Shown in pieces: positions 47,765 to 57,495 of a stretch of DNA of 64,000 nucleotides. The stretch is taken from the NCBI GenBank assembly GCA_001029675.1, contig CP011210.1:453663-517662 (forward strand), in the 5' to 3' direction. The stretch's first letter is position 1. Every line of letters starts with the position of its first letter. Below the pieces are notes generated by a model, which ran no database searches, was not told where the DNA came from, and saw nothing but the letters and a program-made list of their open reading frames with translations. The translations under genes were made by a program, and so were the position numbers. The stretch is from Candidatus Beckwithbacteria bacterium GW2011_GWC1_49_16 (lineage in GTDB: Bacteria > Patescibacteriota > Microgenomatia > UBA1400 > CG1-02-47-37).

Positions 47765-49958
47765 ACTTTAAAACCTGGATGTTTTCAAAATGGAATACGG
47801 TCGCACCCCGGGCGGGGGAAAAAGTTTCGGCCGGGGCTTCGTCGATCTGGTAGGTGAGATCGGCTGCCGGATCCTCGGGTGAGCCGAGCCACCAGAGAAG
47901 ATAACGGTAGTTGTCCAGGTAAGAAGCAAAGCCGATGTAGCTCGGGTTTTTCAGCTTGAAACTTTGGCCAGGGGCGTTGAGAGCGATGAACTTGGTCACT
48001 TCAATCCGCTGGCTTAGGGTCGGCCCCCGGGGGATGAAGCGGCGGCTGGCTAAATACCAGCTGTTGTAAAACGCCAAAGCCAGCAGTAAAGAGTAAACCA
48101 GCGCTTTGGGCTTGATTTTATCGGTCAGCCAAGCTAGTGCCAGCGCCCAAGCGGGAAACAGCACCGGAAAATAGGCTTCGGAGGGAGCGCCGTGAAAGTA
48201 AAAAGCGACCAGGTTTACCAGGATAAAGGCGAGTAAAAGCTTTAATTTAAGAGAAAGCGGTTTAAGCCTGAATCTTTTTGCCAGAACCAGGACGAGAATC
48301 AGAACCAGGGCCAAAGCCAGGCCTGGGCTGTCCCACAGGATAAATTTTTGCCAGTAGTTAAAGATGGTCAGGGTCACTTGCCTCAAGCTAGCCGGCGACA
48401 CGGTGTGGCGCTGGGAGTAGCCGAAGAAGCTCAAAAAACGGTAGCCAAGCCAGGCGGCAAAACCAAGGGTTTGGCTAAATTGGTGGGAAAAATCGTAGAT
48501 GATTTTGGGCAGCCAGGGAAGCAAGAAGGCGGCAGCGGCAAGCAGCAGCTGGCGTTTTTCGGGCAGCCGGCGTTTAAGGTAGGCGCCAAGAACCAGGACT
48601 AAGATTAAAGGGGCGGTGGTGAGCTCAAACTGAACCAGGGCGGCCCACAACAACACCGGCCAGAAAAGCGGCAGCTTATTTTTGACCCAAAAGTAAAGGC
48701 TAAAGATGAAAAGCAGGCTGATAAGCGGAATCGGGCTGGTGTGGTAGGGCATGCGGCTGTGAATGACCGACAAGGGAGAAGTGGCCAAAACCAGGCTGGC
48801 GGCCAGGGCGGCCGAGGCTTTGAACCAATAGCGGGCCAAGCGGTAGGTCAAATAAACGGTTAAGACGCCCAAAGTGGCGGTAACGATTGCCGGGGCGACG
48901 GGGTTAAAGTTAGTTAGTTTTAATGCCAGGGCAGTAAGCCAGATGAAAAACGGGCCTTGTTTGAGCCAAGGGACGCTGGAGTCGATGCCGACCAAGGGGA
49001 TGCTTCCGGTCAAAACCATATCGCGGGCGGCCAGGTAGTCGCGGCCCTGGTCGCCGATAAACATCATCAATTCGGGCAAATGAAAAAACCTTAACCAAGC
49101 GGCCAGGGCCAGGATAAAAAATAAGCCCAGGTTGGCCGGGGTCAAGCCGGTGGCCAGCTCGACCAACCACATGGAGAAGATGCCGAAGTGCTTGTTAAAA
49201 TAGTAGCGGCGGCTGGCGGCAAAAATGGCCCGGGTTGGGGCAGTCTGGGGGGTACTCCCCTGCCAATAGTGGACTAGTTTGGCTTGGGGGAGAATGAAAA
49301 GGCGGTAGCCTTTGGCCTTGAGCCGCTGGCCTAAGTCTGATTCTTCAAAGTACAAAAAGAAATTTTCGTCAAAACCCTTGAGCTGCTTAAAAACGCTGGT
49401 TTTGATTAAAAAGGCCGAACCGGGGACGACCTCGACTTGGCGCGGGGCCGGGTCTGTTTCGGCCGGCCAATTTTCCCAGTACTGTTGGGCTACGGGGTTT
49501 TTGGGCCAAAGGCGGTTTAACAGGGTTAAGGAAAAGATAGCCTTCAGGGGAGTCAGTTGGCTGGTACCCTGGAGCGGGTAGGGTTTAAGTTTGGCGTCGA
49601 CCAGCAAAGGGGCGGCGGCAGCAGCTTTGGGTTTAGACCGCAAAAACCTGACTAAAGCCTCCAGCGTGCCGGGAAGAAGCCTGGTGTCGGGGTTTAAAAT
49701 AAACAGGTATTTGCCCCGGGCGAGTTTGGCGCCCAAGTTGTTGCCGGCGGCGTAGCCGACGTTGCCGGGGCTTTTGACGTATTTGACCCGGGGGAATTTT
49801 CGTTTCAGGGCCTTTTCTATGGTCGGCGTTTCATCGTTGTCGACGACGATGGTTTCGAAAGCTGGTTGGGGGCGGGCTTGTTTGAGGCTGTCTAAACAGC
49901 GATAAAGCAGGCGGCGGTTTTGGTAGTGGACAATGACGATGGAAACTTGAGGTTTCAT
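47757..49958 (-). CDS. GT2 domain fused to a GT39/ArnT-like membrane domain
   Basis: N-terminal IVVDN, N.GYAAGNN.G, LNPD, GFDENFFLYFEESD; C-terminal multi-TM region with FIGDQGRD. Confidence 0.85.
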   Translation of the reverse strand: MKPQVSIVIVHYQNRRLLYRCLDSLKQARPQPAFETIVVDNDETPTIEKALKRKFPRVKYVKSPGNVGYAAGNNLGAKLARGKYLFILNPDTRLLPGTLEALVRFLRSKPKAAAAAPLLVDAKLKPYPLQGTSQLTPLKAIFSLTLLNRLWPKNPVAQQYWENWPAETDPAPRQVEVVPGSAFLIKTSVFKQLKGFDENFFLYFEESDLGQRLKAKGYRLFILPQAKLVHYWQGSTPQTAPTRAIFAASRRYYFNKHFGIFSMWLVELATGLTPANLGLFFILALAAWLRFFHLPELMMFIGDQGRDYLAARDMVLTGSIPLVGIDSSVPWLKQGPFFIWLTALALKLTNFNPVAPAIVTATLGVLTVYLTYRLARYWFKASAALAASLVLATSPLSVIHSRMPYHTSPIPLISLLFIFSLYFWVKNKLPLFWPVLLWAALVQFELTTAPLILVLVLGAYLKRRLPEKRQLLLAAAAFLLPWLPKIIYDFSHQFSQTLGFAAWLGYRFLSFFGYSQRHTVSPASLRQVTLTIFNYWQKFILWDSPGLALALVLILVLVLAKRFRLKPLSLKLKLLLAFILVNLVAFYFHGAPSEAYFPVLFPAWALALAWLTDKIKPKALVYSLLLALAFYNSWYLASRRFIPRGPTLSQRIEVTKFIALNAPGQSFKLKNPSYIGFASYLDNYRYLLWWLGSPEDPAADLTYQIDEAPAETFSPARGATVFHFENIQVLKYE

Positions 49959-50977
49959 TTTCGGGCCAGTTTAAGTAAACTTTGCTCCAGTATAGCCAGG
50001 TGGTTGTCCCAGGTAAAATTGTTTTCAACGCGGCGGCGGCCGGCACTCCCCAGGGCTTGTGCCCGACGCGGGTTTTTGATCAAGTAAATAATTTTTTCAG
50101 CCAAAGCTTGAGGCGAGTTTTTGACCAAGAAACCGGTTTTTTGGTCGACGACGGTTTCCCGGTAGCCGCCTTGGTCGATGGCAATGACCGGAGTTTGGCA
50201 GGCCATGGACTCGATCGCGGTTAAGCCGAACGGCTCGTTGGCGCTTAAACACAGGCTGGCCAAACTTTGACTGTAGGCCCGGGCTAACCCCCTATCGGTC
50301 AAAGAGAACTTATCAACCACTTTAAGCTCGGGCCGAATCTTTTTTTCGATTAGGGCCAAGGCCTGTTTGGCTAAATCAAAGCCGGTGATTTTGGCTTTGG
50401 CGGCGACGAAAACAAGTTGATTTTTCTTGGGGACCGAACCGGCCCTGAAGACATCCCCGTCAACGCCGGGATAGCAAACTGTCGATGAGCGCTGGTAAGC
50501 TTTTTTAACATTTTTTTGGGTTGCTTTTGAGTTAACCAGAATCAGCTTGGCCGCCCGGGCGTTGGCTTTATCGATTGTCTTTCTTAACTTCCTGGTAACA
50601 GCCTCGTAGGCTTTGTTGGCCAAAGGCAGGTGGCTGGGAGCGGCCAATTCCGGTTCATACGCCAGGCGTAAAAGCTCGTGACAATAGTAAACCGAAGGGA
50701 TAGTCAGGTAAGGCAACAAAAAAGGCGCTTGGGTGAGTTGGTCGGGGTGAAGCAGGCAAACGTCGAAGCCTCCCCGGTTGATGGCGGCGGCGATTTTTTG
50801 ATGGGACCGATTAAGGCTGACAAAATTGGCGTAGTCCCTGGCCAGGCGGCTGCCTGAAAGAACCGGGCGGAGACGAAAAAGTTTAAGCCGATACTTTTGG
50901 CCTAAAAGTTTAAGCTGGTGGTCGACTACCCGCCTGGCGCCTCCCCGGGGCAGGTTATGAAAGACGGCAATGTTCAT
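49955..50977 (-). CDS. glycosyltransferase family 4
   Basis: GGA.R and EPFGLTAIESMAC.TPVI. Confidence 0.9.
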   Translation of the reverse strand: MNIAVFHNLPRGGARRVVDHQLKLLGQKYRLKLFRLRPVLSGSRLARDYANFVSLNRSHQKIAAAINRGGFDVCLLHPDQLTQAPFLLPYLTIPSVYYCHELLRLAYEPELAAPSHLPLANKAYEAVTRKLRKTIDKANARAAKLILVNSKATQKNVKKAYQRSSTVCYPGVDGDVFRAGSVPKKNQLVFVAAKAKITGFDLAKQALALIEKKIRPELKVVDKFSLTDRGLARAYSQSLASLCLSANEPFGLTAIESMACQTPVIAIDQGGYRETVVDQKTGFLVKNSPQALAEKIIYLIKNPRRAQALGSAGRRRVENNFTWDNHLAILEQSLLKLARK

Positions 50978-51947
50978 CGATGAGCTTGATAGATTGTAAA
51001 AAGTTGATTTTAAGTTTTTTGACGAGACTAGCTTGTTGGTTTTTGATTTGGGGGGCGTTTTTCCGAGCCGTGGCGATTTTTTTGGCCACCGAAGCCAAAG
51101 ATTCGTCGAGGGAAACGATCAGCGGCCGGTAGTTTTTGAGAGTCATTTTGACCGGCTGGGCCACTTTTTCGTTCAAAGGGATCGCCAGCGACGGAGTACC
51201 GACGGCCAAAGAAAATATCTGGCTGTGGCCCCTCATCCCCAAAACCAAGCGGCAACAGCGGTAGACGGAAAAGACTTTTTGCGGGCGGGAGGAATAGAAA
51301 ACTCGAGTTTGGGGAAAGATTTTTTGAAAAAGCCGTTTTTCTTTTTTGGCGTGGCAAATGACGATTTTTTCACCGCCGAGTTTTTTGACTACCCGGTCAA
51401 CCAGCCTTAATGTTTGACCTGATTTTTGCAGGTAAAACCGGGCATGGCTTGTGGCCAGGTTAATGCCTAAATCATAGGTTTTTTTAGATTGGAGATTTAC
51501 TCGATCGGGAAGAAAAAGGGACGGGCAACCGGTGATCTTGGTCTGAAGGCCGAGCCACTTTAAATAATTAAAGCTCCATTGGTCCCGGACGGTGTTTAAA
51601 AATGAAACTTCAACTAACCGTTTTAGCCTGCGGTTGTCTTGGGCGTTGAACTTTTGACGGCCGTCGAGGTTTAATCCGACGCCGACAATGGCCAAAGGGG
51701 TCGGGGAGGAAAAAAGGTTGGTGTTTTTTTCTAAAGACTTTAAGTGGTCCGGATGGTAGAGGCCGCCGCCGCCGAGAACAACCAGGTCGTAGGGCCTAAG
51801 GTCGACTCTTGAACGGTTAAAAAAAGCGGTGACCCAGCGGTCTTTTTTTTGCTTGAGGTATTTTTTCAAAGCCAAGGCGGCAAAAGCATCGCCGATGTTT
51901 TGTTCAAAACCGGTTTTAGAATAAGCCAGCAGATTGATGATTTTCAT
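50955..51947 (-). CDS. polysaccharide pyruvyl transferase family protein
   Basis: NIGD, GGGG, G.G, VRD..S, GCP, GMR.H. Confidence 0.88.
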   Translation of the reverse strand: MKIINLLAYSKTGFEQNIGDAFAALALKKYLKQKKDRWVTAFFNRSRVDLRPYDLVVLGGGGLYHPDHLKSLEKNTNLFSSPTPLAIVGVGLNLDGRQKFNAQDNRRLKRLVEVSFLNTVRDQWSFNYLKWLGLQTKITGCPSLFLPDRVNLQSKKTYDLGINLATSHARFYLQKSGQTLRLVDRVVKKLGGEKIVICHAKKEKRLFQKIFPQTRVFYSSRPQKVFSVYRCCRLVLGMRGHSQIFSLAVGTPSLAIPLNEKVAQPVKMTLKNYRPLIVSLDESLASVAKKIATARKNAPQIKNQQASLVKKLKINFLQSIKLIDEHCRLS

Positions 51948-53173
51948 TTGGGGTTATGGGTTAAAACCCTAAAGACAAAAAAGAAAACTACCGGAAAGGC
52001 TACCAGGGAAGAAAGCAGCGAAGCCTGGGCCGCGCCGACTATGCCTTGTTTTAAAGTCAAGGGGATAATAAAAAGCGCCAGGGCGGTTAAGCGGACGAAA
52101 GTAGTCACGGTAACGATTTTTTGTTTCTTTAGAGACAAAAACAAGGCCGAGCCGGAACCGGATATGGCCCGAACCACCCCATAGAGAGCTAAAACTTTAA
52201 GGGCCGGCGCGGCAGGCAGCCAGTTTGAGCCAAAAGCGATGGTGATTATCTCACCGGGATAGCTAAAGAGGATGAAACCCAAAGGCACGGTCAGCAGGAT
52301 GACGCTGGCCAGGGTTTTGAGATAGGCTTTTTTAAGCCTGTGTCTGTCGCCGGCGATCTTGACGTAAACCGGAAAGGTGACGTTGCCGACAACATCGCCT
52401 ATCTCTGTCACCGGTAAAGTGGCCAGTTTGAAGGCCATTTGGTAAAAACCCAAAGAAGTGGTGTTTAAGAGTTTGGCGACGACAGCGTCGTCTCCCTGGC
52501 TGGCTAAATAGTTAAAAACACCGGCCAAAGTCAACCACTTGCCCTGGCTGACGATGGCTTTAAACTGGGGCAGCCTGAATTTCAGCCTGGGCCAGGGTTT
52601 AATAAAGGCGAAAGAAAAAACCACCTCTAAAACGGCGCTGACTATCAGGGCGACAACCAGGGCGACGGCCGATTTGGTGATTAGCGCCAGGACGACGGCG
52701 GTGACAGTCTCTGCCAGAAAAATCGAAGACCGGAACCAAAAATCTTTGTTAAACTCCAGCTGTTTTTGAAACTTAACCCGGGCCGGGTTGATAAAACCCC
52801 TAATCAGGGCGACTAAACCGATCAGGTATAAAAGCGGCCCGCTGGCGGGACTGTTGAAAAAGTTAACAATTAAAGGCGTGGTCAAAACTATCAACAAGGC
52901 AATCAGCCCGCCCCTAAAGACGGAGACGATCCAAGCGGTGTTGAGGTGTTCTTTGACGTCCTGGTCTTCTTGAACCAAGAAAACGTTGACCCCGGTTTCG
53001 GTAATGATTTCCAAAAATGCCAGGGATAAAACGGCAATGCCGTAGACGCCAAACTGATCCGGCAGTAAAATTCTGGCTAAAATGGCGGTTCTTAAGAAAG
53101 TCAGGGAGCGGGCAAAGCCCCTAAAACCAGCCAGCCAGGAAAAACCCTTAACTGTGTCTTTGGTCAATGACAT
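51944..53173 (-). CDS. Wzx-type flippase
   Basis: ILARIL.P..FG, LG.Y..A, many TM helices. Confidence 0.88.
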   Translation of the reverse strand: MSLTKDTVKGFSWLAGFRGFARSLTFLRTAILARILLPDQFGVYGIAVLSLAFLEIITETGVNVFLVQEDQDVKEHLNTAWIVSVFRGGLIALLIVLTTPLIVNFFNSPASGPLLYLIGLVALIRGFINPARVKFQKQLEFNKDFWFRSSIFLAETVTAVVLALITKSAVALVVALIVSAVLEVVFSFAFIKPWPRLKFRLPQFKAIVSQGKWLTLAGVFNYLASQGDDAVVAKLLNTTSLGFYQMAFKLATLPVTEIGDVVGNVTFPVYVKIAGDRHRLKKAYLKTLASVILLTVPLGFILFSYPGEIITIAFGSNWLPAAPALKVLALYGVVRAISGSGSALFLSLKKQKIVTVTTFVRLTALALFIIPLTLKQGIVGAAQASLLSSLVAFPVVFFFVFRVLTHNPK

Positions 53174-53176
53174 AGC

Positions 53177-54064
53177 TTAGCTGTATTTTACCAGCAAACC
53201 CTTAAGCAGCCCGACCAAAACGGCCATGTCGGCGGTGACCTGTAAAAGCGGCAGGTAGATTAAAGCCAATGGGTGTTTGACTTTGAAGATGAATTTTTTG
53301 ATGGGCCAGAGAAGGTAGACAGGAAAAAGCAGGGGCACGGCGGTAAAAACAAGATAGCGCAAAGGCACGGTGAGGTTTTTTTTGAGGTGCGGGGCAAACC
53401 AGGCTTCGACGCTGCCTGAGGTATAGTTGACGTTCTGGCCGAAAAAACCAAAAAAGTTTTTAGCCTGGCGCCAGTGGACCAGAGCCTTTTTCTCGGTGAC
53501 CATATAGGTATGTTGGCGCAGGCGCTGGGCAAAAACCAGATCTTCGGCAAACTTCAACTTTTCCGGGTAGCCGCCGACTTTGGCCCAGGCGGATTTTTTG
53601 AAAGCGATTGAGCGCGACGAGGGTAAAAAGGTTTTGGGGTCGACTTTTTTTGAGGGTACGACCAAAAAACAGGCGCTAGTCAGCTGAAAGACGTTTTCCA
53701 CTTCGGGCAGATAAAAGCCGGCCACGGCGTCGACGGCTTTTTTCATCAAGGGGGCGGTGATGAGTTTAAGCCAGTCGGGTTTCAATCTGCAGCCGGCGTC
53801 GGAAACGGCGATGAGGTCATTGGTGGCGGTTTTGACGGCCAGATTCCTGCCGACTGAACGGTTGGCGCCGGGTTTGACCAGCAGTTTGATTTTTCCCTGG
53901 CGATAGAGGAGGTGGCTTTTGATTTTTTCGACAGTGCCGTCTTTGGAGCCGGCGTCGACGATGACGATTTCGTCCGGGGGTTTGGTCTGGTCGTCGAGGG
54001 AATCAAGCAGGTCATCGATGACTGGAGCTTCGTTAAAGACCGTGGCGATAAAACTGACTTTCAT
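53177..54064 (-). CDS. glycosyltransferase family 2
   Basis: FNE, EIVIVDAGSKDGT, GRN, DAG, GGY...AED. Confidence 0.9.
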   Translation of the reverse strand: MKVSFIATVFNEAPVIDDLLDSLDDQTKPPDEIVIVDAGSKDGTVEKIKSHLLYRQGKIKLLVKPGANRSVGRNLAVKTATNDLIAVSDAGCRLKPDWLKLITAPLMKKAVDAVAGFYLPEVENVFQLTSACFLVVPSKKVDPKTFLPSSRSIAFKKSAWAKVGGYPEKLKFAEDLVFAQRLRQHTYMVTEKKALVHWRQAKNFFGFFGQNVNYTSGSVEAWFAPHLKKNLTVPLRYLVFTAVPLLFPVYLLWPIKKFIFKVKHPLALIYLPLLQVTADMAVLVGLLKGLLVKYS

Positions 54065-54727
54065 CTAATATGGCTCTGCTTTGGCCGTCGGTTTGGCCTG
54101 GTTAACTTTATACGTCTCTTTGACAAAAAAGTCCACCCCGTCGCATTGAATCCTGGCGTAGGCGCCGTTGTCAACGGCGTAGGCCGGCAGCTGGTCGTAG
54201 CCGGCAAAGCCCAAACGGATGAGAAGCACCCGCAAAACGCCGCCATGGGTGACCAGCAAGACGTTTTTGCCCTGGTAGGCGACGGCGGTTTGGCGCAAAA
54301 ACCTGATAACCCGGTCCATCAGTTCCTGGTCGCTTTCGACTTCGGGGTTAGTTCTGAAAGTAAATCTGTCTTCGTCAGACATTTTTTGGTATTTTTTGAT
54401 CAGACGGGCAAATTTCTTTTGATAATCCTCGTAAACTTGGCCTTCATAGCGGCCAAAGGTTCTCTCCCTTAGAGCCTCGGTGGTCTCTACCGCCAGCTTT
54501 TTCTCGGCGGCTATAATCTCGGCGGTGCGCCGGGCCCGCAACAAGTCGGAGGAGAAAACGGCGGCAAAGTTGATGTCTTTGAGTTTTTTGGCGGTGTCTT
54601 TGGCCTGGTTGATGCCGGTCTGGGTCAAGGGAGAATCAGTGTGGCCCATGATGGTGTGGGTAATGTTCCACTCGGTCTCGCCGTGGCGAACCAGATACAG
54701 GGTGCAGAAGTTTTTGCCTGAAACCAT
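54065..54727 (-). CDS. histidine phosphatase / phosphoglycerate mutase family
   Basis: LVRHGETEWN, SSDLLRA..TA, LRE..FG, VTHGG. Confidence 0.92.
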   Translation of the reverse strand: MVSGKNFCTLYLVRHGETEWNITHTIMGHTDSPLTQTGINQAKDTAKKLKDINFAAVFSSDLLRARRTAEIIAAEKKLAVETTEALRERTFGRYEGQVYEDYQKKFARLIKKYQKMSDEDRFTFRTNPEVESDQELMDRVIRFLRQTAVAYQGKNVLLVTHGGVLRVLLIRLGFAGYDQLPAYAVDNGAYARIQCDGVDFFVKETYKVNQAKPTAKAEPY

Positions 54728-54733
54728 TAAAGT

Positions 54734-55606
54734 TTATGGTAGCACAAAGTGGCAAAGTAAATCTTCTTTTCTAACCCAAACGGTTTTAGGCTGATAGCCT
54801 TTCAAATGAAGGTTTTTTACTATCGAAGCCGTGTTAGTATTAAAGTGATTGAGATAGTCAGGTGAATGTATCTCGACAAAAATGTGGTCTGGCCTAATAC
54901 TGCCTAATCCGTCAATCACTTTTTCTTCGGCTCCTTCAACGTCGATTTTTATAATATTTGGCGCAGGCCAGCCATCGGCAACGAGACTATCTATTCTTCT
55001 GGTGGTAACTTTTTGAGTACCTTTAAATCTATGAACGTCTTCTAGGCTAGGACACTGACCAGAGGAATTGTCGACATGTAATATTTCCTCGCCGTCATGA
55101 TCGCTGATGGCTATCTGTAAACAATCTATTTGAGAAGAGACTTTATTGCTTATGACGTTGTCAGTTAGTTTTTGGAAAGTAGGAAGATTGGGCTCAAAAG
55201 CAACGATCTTACTCGTAGGTTCTTTTTTAGCAGAGACAATGGAGTAGCTGCCAATATAAGCTCCTATGTCCCACAATGCAGAACCCGGTTGTACCGCTTC
55301 AAGAAGCCTGGCCATGTATTTTTCCTCGTGGCCGGAGCCTTTTCTAATTAAAAACTCCTGAATCGAGGAAGCTACTGAATTAACCAGGGATTTTTCTCCA
55401 TTTCTCCCTAGATAGACCAGTGGAAAAATTCCATATCTTAGCTGAAAAAGTCGTTTTCTTAATGTAAAAGGAAGAAATTGACGATAAACTCTTCTTAAAA
55501 GCTGATCAGACTGGATTTCTTGATCTGGAATGTCAAGTACTAATATTTGAGGAACTGTTTCTAAATCAAGAATAGGCCCGATGGATATAAATTTGCTTCT
55601 TTCCAT
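54734..55606 (-). CDS. FkbM-family methyltransferase
   Basis: DIGAYIG.YS, AFEP, IKIDVEGAE. Confidence 0.9.
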   Translation of the reverse strand: MERSKFISIGPILDLETVPQILVLDIPDQEIQSDQLLRRVYRQFLPFTLRKRLFQLRYGIFPLVYLGRNGEKSLVNSVASSIQEFLIRKGSGHEEKYMARLLEAVQPGSALWDIGAYIGSYSIVSAKKEPTSKIVAFEPNLPTFQKLTDNVISNKVSSQIDCLQIAISDHDGEEILHVDNSSGQCPSLEDVHRFKGTQKVTTRRIDSLVADGWPAPNIIKIDVEGAEEKVIDGLGSIRPDHIFVEIHSPDYLNHFNTNTASIVKNLHLKGYQPKTVWVRKEDLLCHFVLP

Positions 55607-55652
55607 GCGGGTATTATAGCAAATCTAGTCTTATAGTGTTATTTCTAGAGAC

Positions 55653-56660
55653 TTAAGATTTCCAAAGCCTAAGGTAATCATCAACCACTTTGTCCCAAGT
55701 TTGCCCTTGGGCAAAACGATAAGCAGCCTCGATCATTTTGTCGATTTTTCTGGGTTTATTCCTGGCGCTTTCAAACTGGCTCACCAGCTGGCTGGCCGAG
55801 CCGGCAATAAAGATGAATTTAGCTCCGGGGAAAAGAGTCAGGTAGTCTTTTTTCAAGGGATTTTGGTAGAGGGCGAAAACCGGGCGGCGGCGGGCCATGG
55901 CCTCAAGGATGGTCAGATAAGACGAGGCAAAGATATAAGCGGGCCGGTTTAAAAACTTACCAATATCTTTGACCAGGCCGGTAACCTGGCCTAATTTCTC
56001 GGCCTGACCGCGAAGGCTGCCGTCGCCGACAAAAGTGATTTTTAAATTGTACCGGGCTTTGATTTGTTTTAAAGCCTTCAAATATTCACTTACTGCCAAG
56101 TCGGGTTCAAGCCTGCCGATAAAAATAACCTCCCTTAAGCCCCTTCCCCCAATAAAGTTCTGATGTATCGATACATCGATACCGCCGTAGGTGACCGCGC
56201 CAGCTTTGGTGCCATAGTGATTGATAAGATAATCGCCGACGCAGATGTTGCCGGAAGATAAACTCTCCCAGATTTTTCTGGCCAGTTTGTTTTTGGCCGG
56301 CACCGGAAACTTACCCTCCCAACCGTGGAAGGTGGTAAAGACCGGTTTTTTGGGATACAGAAAACTAAAGGGCAAGTACCAAAAGAAAACGTCGTGGCAG
56401 TGGACCAAGTCGGCTTTTTGGATTAGACTCCGCCGGCGCCAAAGATTTAACCATATCCCCCATTTTGAGTTTGAATAGGGGAGTCTGACGATTTTTATGC
56501 CCCGGTGGCTGGCAATTTCGGCCAGTCCCCTTTTATGTTTCAAGGTGACTACGGTTATTTGGTGGCCTTTTTCCGCCAACCTGGCGCTCACCTCCTCTAC
56601 GTGCTTCTCCACCCCGCCGATGTGGGGGTAGAAAAGCCTGGTGAGCATGAGTATGGTCAT
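55653..56660 (-). CDS. glycosyltransferase family 4
   Basis: FYP.IGGVEKHV, FIGRL, ILEAMA. Confidence 0.88.
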   Translation of the reverse strand: MTILMLTRLFYPHIGGVEKHVEEVSARLAEKGHQITVVTLKHKRGLAEIASHRGIKIVRLPYSNSKWGIWLNLWRRRSLIQKADLVHCHDVFFWYLPFSFLYPKKPVFTTFHGWEGKFPVPAKNKLARKIWESLSSGNICVGDYLINHYGTKAGAVTYGGIDVSIHQNFIGGRGLREVIFIGRLEPDLAVSEYLKALKQIKARYNLKITFVGDGSLRGQAEKLGQVTGLVKDIGKFLNRPAYIFASSYLTILEAMARRRPVFALYQNPLKKDYLTLFPGAKFIFIAGSASQLVSQFESARNKPRKIDKMIEAAYRFAQGQTWDKVVDDYLRLWKS

Positions 56661-57427
56661 TTATCCGGTTTTACCCCAACTAAAATTATCTGGGATTCCC
56701 CAAAGATCTTTAGAGTTATCCAATCCAGAAAGCTTACCAAATAAGTAAGTGGGCCTCTAATAAATTTGATAAAAAATCCAAGCCTTTGAGAGAGAAATAA
56801 CAAATTTCTCAAAATTCCTTCTGTTTTCTTTATCTCTTTGGTTTTAAACCCGCATCTAGTCGTCAGTTCCTTTAAAGACCTCTCTGTATATCTTCTTAAA
56901 TGTCCAACTCGTCTATCAAAGTCTTTAGCATATCCTATTCGATAAAGAGGCGCATTGTATGAGGGGACTGTTATAATAATCTTTCCTCCTTTTTTAATTA
57001 ACTTATGTATTTTAAAAAGGATTACTTCTTCGTTTTTCAAGTGCTCGAGTATTTCAGAGCAAATTACTAAATCGAATTTCTTATTTACCTTTAAACCTCT
57101 ATTAAAGTCCCCCCTGATAAATCTAGTCTTATTTCTTAAATTAAATGACCTTGCAGACTTCTCGGAAATATCTACTGCCTTTTTCGAAATTTCTATTCCG
57201 ACGACGTTAAACCCTTTCTTTGCTAGGTAAAGAGAAATAGCGCCCGTCCCACTGCCTATGTCTAAGACTGTTCTTCCTTTAATTTTTTTAAAGCCTTCTT
57301 TAAACAGTTCGTTATCAAATGTTCTTAAGAGATTAAGGTAAGTAAAGTTGTTCCTGCCAATAATTCTTCTTGGTATTGTAGAATTTTTATGAAATTTGTC
57401 ATATAAACTAACGTTGTCTCTTCTCAT
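56657..57427 (-). CDS. class I SAM-dependent methyltransferase
   Basis: VLDIGSGTG, FDLVICSEILEHL, GHLRRY; very AT-rich. Confidence 0.88.
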   Translation of the reverse strand: MRRDNVSLYDKFHKNSTIPRRIIGRNNFTYLNLLRTFDNELFKEGFKKIKGRTVLDIGSGTGAISLYLAKKGFNVVGIEISKKAVDISEKSARSFNLRNKTRFIRGDFNRGLKVNKKFDLVICSEILEHLKNEEVILFKIHKLIKKGGKIIITVPSYNAPLYRIGYAKDFDRRVGHLRRYTERSLKELTTRCGFKTKEIKKTEGILRNLLFLSQRLGFFIKFIRGPLTYLVSFLDWITLKIFGESQIILVGVKPDK

Positions 57428-57495
57428 AGTTTAGTTTATCACGACATAGTAGGTCCTTGACAAATAATTCTTTTTAGGTGTACCTTCAAGGAGCA